Positions 27,072-36,692 of a stretch of 64,000 bases of DNA are shown here, piece by piece (position 1 is the first letter of the stretch; each line of letters opens with the position of its first letter). Under the pieces are notes generated by a model, which saw nothing but the letters and a program-made list of their open reading frames with translations, made no database searches and had not been told where the DNA came from. The position numbers and the translations under genes are program-made. The stretch comes from a virus: IMG/VR virus record IMGVR_UViG_3300046005_001513, positions 6,384 through 70,383 of that record. One strand, given 5' to 3'.

Positions 27072-27492
27072 TGATGGCAAAGCACTTGAGGGTAAACTTC
27101 AAGAAACTTTGAAAACATTTGCAAGTAAGCAACGAGGGTTTAATCATAGGTTTCCTGACACACGCACAGCGCGATCAGGAATAATTCCTTCGCAACCAGG
27201 CGATTACATGCTTTTAGTCCCAGGAAAAGCGATATTGATAGAAGCTAAAAGTACGATTACCGAAGCTCATATTTTTACGTTGGCGCATAAGAACAAAGTA
27301 CAAATTGCACAGCATAGGAAGTGGCATAGGTCTTGCCACCCTAGTTTGTACCTCTGGATGGATTTAAAGCATGACATCATTGAGTTTCATGATGGAAGAA
27401 ACATCGTTGAAAAAGTAGATAAACCACTATTCGTAGGCAAGAGTAAAGATATGTTATCAGCACTTAAAAAAATTGTAGAGGATTTAACATGA
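27058..27492 (+). CDS. RecU-like Holliday junction resolvase (PD-(D/E)xK)
   Basis: GKALE, QPGDY, ILIEAKS; TTG start inferred. Confidence 0.7.
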   Translation: MANTNDGKALEGKLQETLKTFASKQRGFNHRFPDTRTARSGIIPSQPGDYMLLVPGKAILIEAKSTITEAHIFTLAHKNKVQIAQHRKWHRSCHPSLYLWMDLKHDIIEFHDGRNIVEKVDKPLFVGKSKDMLSALKKIVEDLT

Positions 27493-27713
27493 AAGTAGAA
27501 ACATTAGACGGAGTGGATTACCAGTTCGCCAAGATCAAGTCAGCAAGGCTTGTTCAGGGTGTGATTACCATTATCAACTGCCATAACATCAGCATAAGTT
27601 TTGTTAAGCAATCGGAGTACCCAAACGGGTTTAAGCAGATGGATTTGGGTGGTATTTTGAAAGATGCTGATTTTTCAGCCTTAGCTAACCATTTTTATTT
27701 GAGTGATTTCTGA
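27489..27713 (+). CDS. hypothetical protein
   Basis: 74 aa in operon. Confidence 0.65.
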   Translation: MKVETLDGVDYQFAKIKSARLVQGVITIINCHNISISFVKQSEYPNGFKQMDLGGILKDADFSALANHFYLSDF

Positions 27714-28729
27714 TGATTAAGATATTTTCTGATCCACACATAGGGTGTACTCGTTCAAGCCACACAACTACAGCCAGTCGTGAAAAGTTAAAAGAGCATT
27801 TGTACTCATCTGCGATTCAACAAGTAACGTTTGATAACGATGATTTTGTTGTTTGTTGTGGTGATATGTTTGATACGTATTGGTCAGATTCACGTAGCCT
27901 ACAGCTTGGCATGGAAGTTTATCATGGATGTGACTTAGTGCTCGAAGGAAATCACGATCACGCAAATAGAATGAATACGGACTCGTCCTTGTCATTCTTG
28001 AAGAAGTTAAATTCGCATGTCCGAAACGAAGCAAATCAGCCAAAAGTCAATTATGAGTTCCACAAAGGTATTACCATGCAGGTGATTCATCATAAGTTTA
28101 CTCAAGATTTGTTTGATGAAGCCTTGTCTAAGGTTGTTGATGGAGACATACTTTTCTTACACTGTAACTATAACTCAGGATATGCAAAAGATGATGCGAG
28201 CCTTAACTTAACTAAAGAACAAGCTGAAATCTTGCTGACCAAGGTTAAACTGATTTTTATTGGACATGAACATGCTTACTCGGAACATTTTGGTGGAAGA
28301 CTCATCTTGACGGGCAACACACACCCTACATCCTTTTCTGACATTTCTGATAAATATTCTTGGAGCGTTGATCAGGATTTGAATGTAACGAAAAAGCTGA
28401 TATGGGATGCAAAGAAAAACTCTATTAAGTTTGACTACAAGTCCCTTTTTGAAGACATTTATTTAGACGGCTATCAGTTTATTGAGATCACTGGTGTAGC
28501 TGAAAGATCAGAATTACCAGCGATTGCTCGTGCAGTCTCGAATCTTTGGAAAACTTATTCTACGGCATTGATGATTAAAAATTCAGTAGTCTGTGAAAAA
28601 CAGGAAGTCAAAGTTGCTGAAACGACTAAGTTTGTAGATTCGTTAGCTCAAGTGACATCTGAGTTACATGATACAAAATTGAAAGAAATATGGGAGTATT
28701 ACATGGAGAAGCTAAGTGAGACTGATTAG
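27713..28729 (+). CDS. SbcD/Mre11-like metallophosphoesterase nuclease
   Basis: SDPHIG, GDMFD, GNHD, GHEH. Confidence 0.9.
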   Translation: MIKIFSDPHIGCTRSSHTTTASREKLKEHLYSSAIQQVTFDNDDFVVCCGDMFDTYWSDSRSLQLGMEVYHGCDLVLEGNHDHANRMNTDSSLSFLKKLNSHVRNEANQPKVNYEFHKGITMQVIHHKFTQDLFDEALSKVVDGDILFLHCNYNSGYAKDDASLNLTKEQAEILLTKVKLIFIGHEHAYSEHFGGRLILTGNTHPTSFSDISDKYSWSVDQDLNVTKKLIWDAKKNSIKFDYKSLFEDIYLDGYQFIEITGVAERSELPAIARAVSNLWKTYSTALMIKNSVVCEKQEVKVAETTKFVDSLAQVTSELHDTKLKEIWEYYMEKLSETD

Positions 28730-28874
28730 TATAAAAGAGTTTGCAAAAGAAACAGGCAAGCCAAAAATGCTAGTTAAGTCCTATGTAAAAAGTTTTGGAT
28801 TGAGACCTGCGGGGGTCAATAGCTTTAAGGATTTTGTTTATGATCATAACGCATTAAAAAGAATTGTAATGTAA
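28716..28874 (+). CDS. 52-aa HTH-like microprotein (not in ORF track)
   Basis: GGAG RBS + GTG; ISIKEFAKETGKP. Confidence 0.6.
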   Translation: MRLISIKEFAKETGKPKMLVKSYVKSFGLRPAGVNSFKDFVYDHNALKRIVM

Positions 28875-28877
28875 GCC

Positions 28878-29048
28878 ATGAAAACTTATCAAGACATAAT
28901 GGACAGACTTGGGGTGACTAGAATGCAAGTAGAAATGGCATGTTACTCTGGAAGAATCCCCCACGACTGGGCTGACGATGAAAAACTAGAGTTCTACTTA
29001 CGCATATGGCAATTAAGACTCAACAAAAATAAGGACAACAGTAAATGA
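28878..29048 (+). CDS. 56-aa excisionase/HTH-like microprotein (not in ORF track)
   Basis: TYQDIMDRLGVTRMQVEMACYSGRIP; ATGA overlap with next gene. Confidence 0.6.
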   Translation: MKTYQDIMDRLGVTRMQVEMACYSGRIPHDWADDEKLEFYLRIWQLRLNKNKDNSK

Positions 29049-31165
29049 TTTACAAATTAGCATTAAAAAATTTTCGTCAACACGTAGACACTGAAATTGA
29101 TTTCAAAAGTGGATTAAACTCACTAAGCGGGGACAATGGAGCGGGTAAATCTGGTGTCTTGAAAGCAATCATGTATTGTCTTTTTGGAAGCGCAGCTACT
29201 GCGAGTAAAAAAGAAAATTTAACTACGTGGGGAAGTACGGAGAAAATGGAGTGCCAACTATATTGTAGCATAGGTGGAAAATTCACTCACATTATTAGGG
29301 GGTTAGAAAAAGCTGCGATTTATGTTGCAGATGAACTAGTCGCATCAGGTCATACTCCTTGTACAAGATGGGTAGAACAGGAATTAGGACTTGACGCGAA
29401 GGCGTTTAAACACTTATTGTATGCACCCCAAGGCGAGACGCAAGCGTTGTTAAAACTGGGTGCATCTGATTTACAAAGAAAGATAGAGCTAATAACTAAA
29501 GTTGATGGTATTGATAAAATCGTCAAGCTAGTTAGCGAAGACTTGTCAGTCTTAGCGGGTAAGCTATCAGTGTTACCTCCTGTTGAGGATATACAGGGGC
29601 TAGAATTAACCGTATCTTTGTCACGAGCTGATGAGGATGCATTAACTACGTCTATTAGGAGTAAAGAGAGCATGTACGAAGAAAACCAAAAAACCCTTGC
29701 AGATCGTAGAAAATTCGCTATGGAAATGGCAGCGGAGTTAAAAGTTACACAAAGGGCTTTTGCTGAGAGAGAAGCACTCACAGCCGAATTAGGCAGGGTT
29801 AGTGAAGATTTCAGAGTAATCGAAGCATCACAGCCTGCTCGAACAGTACCTCAATTAAACTTGGAAATTGAAGCAATCAAACTTGACTTGACAAAAAAAC
29901 AACGTGCTATTCAAACATCAGGGGACAATTCAAAATACGTCTCAAGAGCAAACAAAAAACACGAAGATGCCGTAATCTCAATATCAAACCTTAAAGATAA
30001 CAAAATTGGTATTAACCACAGATTAGGATTAGTACGCTTAGTTGAAGATTCTGAAACAAACGTGCATAAAACCAATAAAGACTTAAAAGCGGCATCAGAG
30101 CAAAAAACTCACTGCCCAGCATGTGAACGTAAGTATGATGACGTGAACACAGAAGCATTCCAAGCTAGGGTTGCGAAATTAAAGGCTGACTATCTTTTAG
30201 CAATACAAGACAACAGAGCAGCATCTCTTAGCTTGAGCGCGTTTGATGCAAGCAGCAGCAATGCTTTTGTAGGGTTTAAGGACTACGATGAATTAGAAAA
30301 CAAGCTGGGTCAGGACGTAGCTCGTACATTACAAACTCTAGTCTCAGCAAACGCTGAGTTTGAAATCCTTAGTGACGCTGAACTCATTTATTTAACTTCA
30401 GTAGTGCATAACGACAAGCTAGATTTGGAGATTAAATCACGTGACTTGATAACTGCGTTAGCATGGGATCAGGACTGTGTCGTGATTATCAAACAAAAAG
30501 CACGTATCTTGAGCAGACTAGGTGATATTGAATCAGTTACATGTGGATGGACAGAAGAAGAATTAGTTGCCCTTGAGCAAGAAATTGATGTCATGCAAGT
30601 AAAGGCACAAGCAGATTATGTGTTGCTTATGGCTGAAAAATTTAAACTAAAAGAGGCAGAATCCCACAGTCTAGCGTGTGCCAAACAGCTTCTTGAGTCT
30701 AAACAGAATGCTGAAGCACGCAAAAAAACTGAATCAGAACAGGCAGATAGAAAAGAATTATCCTTGTTTCTTAGAAATAATCGCGCACGTTTAATGACAG
30801 GTACATGGGACACTATTACAAGTTTGACAAGTGCCTATGCAAGTGATATTACAAGTGGATTATTATCAAATTTGATTAGAGACGATGCAGGTGATTTCTT
30901 AGTGACGGAAGGTTACATCACAGTTCCTGTTTCAGAATTATCAGGCGGTAGACAATCTATTATTGGTTTAGCCCTAAGAGTTGCATTAGTCCAAACATTC
31001 TATGGTGAGCATGGGTTTATTCTGTTAGACGAAGTAGCAAGTGATTTGACAGAAGAAAACTCAGCAGCTGTTGCAGGGTTCTTGGCGGGACTGAATACAC
31101 AAGTAGTTTCCGTAACACACAGACAGGGTGAGGCAGTAAATGCAACAAACATTATCCTACTTTGA
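29045..31165 (+). CDS. SbcC/Rad50-like SMC ATPase
   Basis: GDNGAGKS, coiled coil with CPAC zinc hook, LSGG, ILLDE. Confidence 0.92.
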   Translation: MIYKLALKNFRQHVDTEIDFKSGLNSLSGDNGAGKSGVLKAIMYCLFGSAATASKKENLTTWGSTEKMECQLYCSIGGKFTHIIRGLEKAAIYVADELVASGHTPCTRWVEQELGLDAKAFKHLLYAPQGETQALLKLGASDLQRKIELITKVDGIDKIVKLVSEDLSVLAGKLSVLPPVEDIQGLELTVSLSRADEDALTTSIRSKESMYEENQKTLADRRKFAMEMAAELKVTQRAFAEREALTAELGRVSEDFRVIEASQPARTVPQLNLEIEAIKLDLTKKQRAIQTSGDNSKYVSRANKKHEDAVISISNLKDNKIGINHRLGLVRLVEDSETNVHKTNKDLKAASEQKTHCPACERKYDDVNTEAFQARVAKLKADYLLAIQDNRAASLSLSAFDASSSNAFVGFKDYDELENKLGQDVARTLQTLVSANAEFEILSDAELIYLTSVVHNDKLDLEIKSRDLITALAWDQDCVVIIKQKARILSRLGDIESVTCGWTEEELVALEQEIDVMQVKAQADYVLLMAEKFKLKEAESHSLACAKQLLESKQNAEARKKTESEQADRKELSLFLRNNRARLMTGTWDTITSLTSAYASDITSGLLSNLIRDDAGDFLVTEGYITVPVSELSGGRQSIIGLALRVALVQTFYGEHGFILLDEVASDLTEENSAAVAGFLAGLNTQVVSVTHRQGEAVNATNIILL

Positions 31166-31253
31166 TTTTTCACAAGTTGAATTAGTGTTGAGGCTGATGA
31201 TTGTATCAGCCTTGATTTTCGCAGTTAATCATAATGACAAGTTGAGGTAAAAA

Positions 31254-31673
31254 ATGGTACAAAGTAGAATTGCAGCTCCACCTAGACTAAACCCTAATTT
31301 AGAGCACGCATTACACGATTTTGAAAGTAGGCTGGAATCACCATCTAAAGCGGTAAGAGATGTTGTAAATGGGGCAACAATGCTTGAAACAATACTGGGC
31401 AGAAAAGATGACCAAGACAAACTTGATTGGACTCTGCTCCCATTCGGTGCGTTGAAAGGCATTGTTAAGGTGTTAATGTTTGGAGAGCGTAAATATGCTC
31501 GAGACAACTGGAAACACGTCCCAGACGCTAAGAACAGGTACAAATCTGCATTTCTTAGACATTACGTTGAGTACCAAGAGGGCAACCCACTCGATGAAGA
31601 ATCAGGCTTGCCGCACTTGTACCATATGGGGTGTTGTTTATTGTTTTTAATTTGGTTTGAGGAGCAAGCGTAA
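31254..31673 (+). CDS. dATP/dGTP diphosphohydrolase-like (DUF5664) protein
   Basis: GRKDDQDK..LLP..FGERKYARDNWK..AFLRH..DEESGLPHLYH. Confidence 0.85.
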   Translation: MVQSRIAAPPRLNPNLEHALHDFESRLESPSKAVRDVVNGATMLETILGRKDDQDKLDWTLLPFGALKGIVKVLMFGERKYARDNWKHVPDAKNRYKSAFLRHYVEYQEGNPLDEESGLPHLYHMGCCLLFLIWFEEQA

Positions 31674-32248
31674 TGCAATTAAAAATCACACTTGAAGCTG
31701 GGTATGAGCAGTCTTTAAAATTTATGAGCTTCAGTTACTTAGATGAAGCAGATGATGTGGATGAATGGTGGGAAAACCAGCATCCGAAAGCAATTAAACG
31801 TGCAGGAATTCTGGCATCTAAATCACCAGAACACGCGAAGTTCTTACGAGCCATTCAGGTCTGGGTAGAGATTAAAGCAACACGAGCGTACTGGCAAGAA
31901 TATGCAACATACAAGGTAGGTTCTACTGAGTTGTCAGCATCTACCATGCACAAACTTTCTAAGCGCAGACCAGAAGCCTGTGACTTTTCTGTTAACACAC
32001 CTTTCATAGTCATTGAAACGTTTCAGAAAATTTGGGATGTGCACAAAGCAGGGGAAATTGATTTCATGGCTTTGAAAGATTCTCTCCCAGAGGGTTACTT
32101 ACAAACTCGTGGTGTTAACCTTAACTACGCTACCTTGCGTAACATTATTGTGCAAAGAAAAGGGCATCGTTACAAGTATTGGGACGATCTTATTGCACAA
32201 GTGATGGAGCAGATTGAACATCCTGAATTACTTGAGGACTTACTATGA
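31673..32248 (+). CDS. ThyX-like flavin-dependent thymidylate synthase
   Basis: HAKFLRAI, WQEYATYK, SASTMH, LPEGYLQTR..NYATLRNI..QRKGHR. Confidence 0.7.
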   Translation: MQLKITLEAGYEQSLKFMSFSYLDEADDVDEWWENQHPKAIKRAGILASKSPEHAKFLRAIQVWVEIKATRAYWQEYATYKVGSTELSASTMHKLSKRRPEACDFSVNTPFIVIETFQKIWDVHKAGEIDFMALKDSLPEGYLQTRGVNLNYATLRNIIVQRKGHRYKYWDDLIAQVMEQIEHPELLEDLL

Positions 32249-32340
32249 TTTCATACTTTGCTAGTTATGGTATTGCAACAGCAACTGTTAGCGTAGTAGT
32301 AACTTTACTGATGATTTGGGCATACTTACCCTATGATTAA
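32245..32340 (+). CDS. 31-aa membrane microprotein (not in ORF track)
   Basis: GAGG RBS, ATGA overlap, hydrophobic. Confidence 0.45.
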   Translation: MISYFASYGIATATVSVVVTLLMIWAYLPYD

Positions 32341-32584
32341 AGTTAAAGAACTAAAGTTTCATTATCAAGGTGATGTTATCCGAATCCCTGTAGAGAGAAT
32401 ATGGGGATTCTCAGTTAAAAACACTGTAAGTCGATTGGACTCAGTTAAAGGTTTATCCTACTTGACATTACGATTGGATAGCCCACCTGAAGACAAAGAA
32501 GTGTGTTGTTCAATGCAAACGTGTTGGCAACCAACACTGGATTTTTTATTAAAATTAAAAGAAGAAAGGGAAAGTGATGAATGA
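32333..32584 (+). CDS. hypothetical protein
   Basis: 83 aa in operon. Confidence 0.6.
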   Translation: MIKVKELKFHYQGDVIRIPVERIWGFSVKNTVSRLDSVKGLSYLTLRLDSPPEDKEVCCSMQTCWQPTLDFLLKLKEERESDE

Positions 32585-33278
32585 AAATAAACCAGCTAGG
32601 CACCATAACTTCAAGGACATAACAGGAAATGTTTATTCTAGGTTAACCGTTTTGCACTGTGAGGGGAGGAAAGGTGAGTCACCAAGATATTCTTGGGCAT
32701 GTAGGTGTGAGTGTGGGAACGTGGTATCCGTTCTAGGGTGTAATTTGGGGCGCATAAATGGAACTCAGTCATGTGGTTGTCTAAGCCGTGAGGTATTACA
32801 TAAACGATCTTTCAAGCATGGAAAACTTGGCTCTAGTGTGTACAACTCCTGGCAGTGTATGCTACAAAGGTGCAACAGCAAAAATGATGCTGAGTACAGC
32901 AACTACGGGGGTAGGGGTATAAGTGTCTGCGAGTCATGGAGAACTTTTGATAATTTTTATGCAGATATGGGGGATGCAGGTGTTGGGATGACACTAGATA
33001 GAATAGACAACAACCAAGGGTACTACAAAGAAAATTGCAGGTGGGCTTCCAGAAGCGAGCAGTCCAATAACAAGCGAACCAATCTCAGATTCTTATTTGA
33101 AGGAAAGGACCAGACCCTAGCTGAAATTTGTGGGGGGAGCAAAAATGCTAAGTATTACAGGGTGCATTCACGGATACGGAATGGTTGGGACGTAGAGTCC
33201 GCATTAAACGTACCCTCAAACTCATCGTATCAAAGAACCAGCATCAAGCGTAAAGGGGAAAAGTTGTGCAAGTTATAA
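32574..33278 (+). CDS. free-standing HNH homing endonuclease
   Basis: CRCECG, SCGC, YGGRGI, TLDRIDNNQGYYKENCRWA. Confidence 0.9.
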   Translation: MMNENKPARHHNFKDITGNVYSRLTVLHCEGRKGESPRYSWACRCECGNVVSVLGCNLGRINGTQSCGCLSREVLHKRSFKHGKLGSSVYNSWQCMLQRCNSKNDAEYSNYGGRGISVCESWRTFDNFYADMGDAGVGMTLDRIDNNQGYYKENCRWASRSEQSNNKRTNLRFLFEGKDQTLAEICGGSKNAKYYRVHSRIRNGWDVESALNVPSNSSYQRTSIKRKGEKLCKL

Positions 33279-34282
33279 ACAAAGCAGAAGCAGTAAATAA
33301 TAGAAGACTTATTGAAGGTACTTCAGAATTTAATAAACTCATGCAAATTCGCCCCGTTAAGCACACTTGGGCAATGCAGATACTAGAACAAATGCAGAAT
33401 AATTCTTGGGATCAGCGTGAAGTTGATTTAACAGAAGATGCAAAGCAATATGCGACAGGGATGCTTACAGATGGAAACCTACATGCTTACCGAAAAGCCT
33501 TAGCATTTTTAAGTAATTTAGACGGGATACAACTGAACAATCTGACGACAAATATTGGCAAATGGGTTACGAGCCCTGAAGTAACTCTTTGTTTAGTAAG
33601 GCAATCTTGGGAAGAAGCGTTACATGTCCTAAGCTACGCACAGATGATTGAAAGCATTGGTTTTGACCCTATCAAGGTATATTGGGAGTTTCTCGATGAC
33701 CCAATTTTAGCTGAGAAGAACGAATTCATTGTCCAATCTAGTGAAATACTGGGGAAGGATTATTCCCCAAAAAACTTTGTCAAAGCAGTTGTTGCTAATA
33801 TCGCTTTAGAAGGTATTTATTTTTTCAATGGGTTCTTAACCTTCTACACATTGGAACGTCAGGGGTTAATGAAAAACAGCGCAAAGATGATACAGTTAAT
33901 TCAGCGTGACGAGGAGGGTACGCACTTACCTCTGTTTGTTAACATGTTCCGAACACTGAAAGAAGAGAATCCACAATTGTTCGATGAACAGCTGCTATTT
34001 GAATGCTCAGAAATAATTAGGCTTGCGGCGGCACACGAGATAGTTTGGGGGAAATGGATTATTTCAGGCGGTGTAATGGGTTTAACAGATGTTATCGTGA
34101 CAGAATTTATCCAGTACCTTGCTGATAAACGTCTGACAAGCATTGGTTTAGACCCCATTTATGGAACCAAGAACCCCGTCTCATGGTTTGATGAGGCTAG
34201 TAATATCAATAATGGCGAGACTAACTTTTTTGAGGGAAAAAATTCCTCGTATGTTGCTGGAGGTAGTCTTCAGTGGGATTAG
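33266..34282 (+). CDS. nrdB: class I ribonucleotide reductase beta subunit
   Basis: LSNLD, EEALHVLSY, EGIYF, RDEEGTH, TNFFE. Confidence 0.95.
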   Translation: MQVINKAEAVNNRRLIEGTSEFNKLMQIRPVKHTWAMQILEQMQNNSWDQREVDLTEDAKQYATGMLTDGNLHAYRKALAFLSNLDGIQLNNLTTNIGKWVTSPEVTLCLVRQSWEEALHVLSYAQMIESIGFDPIKVYWEFLDDPILAEKNEFIVQSSEILGKDYSPKNFVKAVVANIALEGIYFFNGFLTFYTLERQGLMKNSAKMIQLIQRDEEGTHLPLFVNMFRTLKEENPQLFDEQLLFECSEIIRLAAAHEIVWGKWIISGGVMGLTDVIVTEFIQYLADKRLTSIGLDPIYGTKNPVSWFDEASNINNGETNFFEGKNSSYVAGGSLQWD

Positions 34283-34374
34283 TGAATAGCAAATCAAAAT
34301 CAAGATTGTAGGAACTACGGGGGCTAGAGCGATTTTAGCCCCTAAAAGTGAATAGCAAAGTGAATAGCAAATCA
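34281..34374. repeat. three AGTGAATAGCAA repeats around a hairpin between convergent nrdB and rep
   Basis: Copies at 34281, 34347, 34359; GGGGCTA..TAGCCCC between them. Confidence 0.85.
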
Positions 34375-35184
34375 CATTTTGTACTTCTTCACAATGTCCT
34401 CTCCGAATCGTCTCACTAGTTCTTCTTTGTGGGACAAGTCACTTTTAGCCTCAGCAGGTTTACTTGTTGGGGCTTTCTTTTGCGTGGTGACTTTCTTCGG
34501 TAAAGAATAAGCAAAGATTATACCGCTCACCCTCTTCCCACGATGTACTTGATCCCAACTCACTTTCACATCAGATGTTTCATTGATGTCCTTTACCACT
34601 GGGATTAGGACCTTTGCCTTGAAGTTATCCCACCTAGCATACTTATCACCTAGTTCTAACAGTTCTTGCAAATCTTCAAGGTCAATCTCCTTTCCTGTTC
34701 CTCCCCATCGTTTGAACAGCTCGTAGAATCTTATGCTGTAGATACATTTGAACCCAAGCACATTCTCGAGTTTGTACTGAGTGAAGTTTTTTGTAATGTC
34801 ACTTAGCAGGTTTGAAATGCTTGGTGTGAAGAATAATTCAATAACCCCCTCTGTTGGTATATACGCAATTTCAGAAACCCAGCGTATTTTTCTTTCTGAA
34901 ATTCTTTTGGATGGCTTTAACAGAACAACCCAGCGTTCAGCTAACCTGTTCACCGCATCGCGTAGGTTCTCATACGCACTTCTCCCTCCCACACCAACAA
35001 GGTCTTTGATGTCCTCAACAGACAGGACAAATTTAATGCTTGGGTCCAACACTTCTTTTGAGTTGACGCGGGAGATACAAGTCAAAATAATCCTGCTTTC
35101 AAGCACGGAAAGTTGTTGGGCAGCATCGATCAAGTCATTGTGTTTAACTACCACGAGCTTTTCTATGGGCGGTATGTGCGGCAT
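34372..35184 (-). CDS. plasmid replication initiator (Rep_3/RepB family)
   Basis: VVKHNDLI..LSVLESRII, FTQYKL..YSIRFYELF, FKAKVL..DINE. Confidence 0.93.
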   Translation of the reverse strand: MPHIPPIEKLVVVKHNDLIDAAQQLSVLESRIILTCISRVNSKEVLDPSIKFVLSVEDIKDLVGVGGRSAYENLRDAVNRLAERWVVLLKPSKRISERKIRWVSEIAYIPTEGVIELFFTPSISNLLSDITKNFTQYKLENVLGFKCIYSIRFYELFKRWGGTGKEIDLEDLQELLELGDKYARWDNFKAKVLIPVVKDINETSDVKVSWDQVHRGKRVSGIIFAYSLPKKVTTQKKAPTSKPAEAKSDLSHKEELVRRFGEDIVKKYKM

Positions 35185-35211
35185 TTTATCCCCTACAGAC
35201 AAAATTATTAT

Positions 35212-35306
35212 TGTAGGGGATAGTCCCTAATTTGTAGTGTTTCAGTCCCTAATCGGTAGGTAGTTCGTCCCTATTTGGTAGTAATTCAGTCCCTATTTTG
35301 TAGGGA
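35212..35306. repeat. iteron array (~22-bp period), putative plasmid origin
   Basis: Four GTAG-N6/7-GTCCCTAWT units plus a partial fifth upstream of rep, then AT-rich tract ~35352-35380. Confidence 0.85.
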
Positions 35307-35476
35307 GTAAAACCTCCACAACCCTTGTTATTCCTACAAAGTAGGTGTCGCTAAAAGAAAAAATAATAAAAATAAAAAAAGAGATTTTGGTTAGGTATTG
35401 GTTGCGGAAAAATAAACTTTTGCATAACCCAATTTCATGTGATAGCGTAATCGAAAGTTAATTTGGAGTCTAAGCA

Positions 35477-36100
35477 ATGATAATAATCGTCGGTAGTGAA
35501 AAAGGTGGAGTCGGTAAATCAACTATGGCAACTAACATTTCTGTCTTTTTGGCAAAAGCAGGCAAGGAAGTCATTCTTGTTGATGCTGATCGTCAAGGTA
35601 CAAGCTCCACTTGGTCTCAAGACAGAAAAGAATCAGGTGTTGAATGCGTCTCTAAACACGAAGATATTCAGTCAGCTTTAGAAACACTTAACAGCAAGTT
35701 TGAATACGTTGTTGTAGATTGTCCTGGTAGGGACTCCGTAGAGCTTCGTTCTGGGCTGATGGTGGCAGACATATTCATTTCACCAGTTCGCCCCTCACAA
35801 GCCGATTTAGACACACTCCCGAAAGTAATTTCATTGATTGCTACTTCTAGGGTCTACAACAAGAAGCTAAAGTCATATTGTGTGCTTACTCAATCGCCAA
35901 GTTCATCAACAGAAACAAAAGAAGCAAGAGAAGCCTTATTAGCTTATGAAGACTCATTAACTCCTTTAGAATCAATAATTTATGAACGTAGGTCCTACAG
36001 GGACGCTCTAGGTTATGGTTTGGGTGTGATTGAAATGAAAGATCCGAAAGCAACATTAGAAATGACAAACGTTTGTAAGGAGATATTTACATGGTTTTAA
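35477..36100 (+). CDS. parA: ParA/ParF-type partition ATPase
   Basis: KGGVGKST, LVDADRQG, VVVDCPG, PVRPSQADL. Confidence 0.93.
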   Translation: MIIIVGSEKGGVGKSTMATNISVFLAKAGKEVILVDADRQGTSSTWSQDRKESGVECVSKHEDIQSALETLNSKFEYVVVDCPGRDSVELRSGLMVADIFISPVRPSQADLDTLPKVISLIATSRVYNKKLKSYCVLTQSPSSSTETKEAREALLAYEDSLTPLESIIYERRSYRDALGYGLGVIEMKDPKATLEMTNVCKEIFTWF

Positions 36101-36690
36101 GAGCCAGAGAACCACAGGTGTTTAAAGACGCTAAACTTGCATCAGGTGCAGTTGATTTTGTGCAGTCATCACAAAAGACTACGTTGGCTGACTTATCCTT
36201 GGAAGAGTTGGCTGATCGGTATTCCCAAGTTGACATACAATCGCATATGATGAAAGGGTTGATCTTGTTAGAAGCAAGAAATCGCTTTGCATCTGACAAG
36301 GAATTTGGGCAATGGGTTGAGGCTACTGTAACATTATGTGACAGCAGAATGAATCGTAGCAGACTTATGCACTATGCTAAATTCTTCAAAGATAGGGATG
36401 CAACAGGGATTTCATTGACAGCAGGGTATCTAATCGCTTCACCAGCCAATGAAGATATTGCAGAAGTAGTTTATTCAATCGTACAAGGTCAAGACTTACC
36501 AGTCGAAGAAGTTAAGCAAATCATTCTAAAAACAAAAGGTATTCCTGAGTTGAAAACAACACAGAAATCTATAAACAAGAATCAGGCTGAAAAGAAAGTC
36601 ATTAACATTGTGCATCAGTTTGAAAAAGCTGAAGCAATCGAGATACTTGAAAATTGTTTGCAAAGCGTGAAGCAGACTAGCGAGGATTAA
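36091..36690 (+). CDS. putative partition partner with DUF3102-like domain
   Basis: Overlaps parA; GLILLEARNRF..KEFGQWVE. Confidence 0.65.
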   Translation: MVLRAREPQVFKDAKLASGAVDFVQSSQKTTLADLSLEELADRYSQVDIQSHMMKGLILLEARNRFASDKEFGQWVEATVTLCDSRMNRSRLMHYAKFFKDRDATGISLTAGYLIASPANEDIAEVVYSIVQGQDLPVEEVKQIILKTKGIPELKTTQKSINKNQAEKKVINIVHQFEKAEAIEILENCLQSVKQTSED

Positions 36691-36692
36691 AG

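Noticed and set aside
31254-31673. Complete Z-genome or 7-deazaguanine pathway
   Set aside because: No PurZ, DatZ, DpdA or Que genes recognised in this window
33266-34282. Class Ic (Tyr-less) RNR beta subunit
   Set aside because: Asp ligand and radical Tyr (EEALHVLSY) are present
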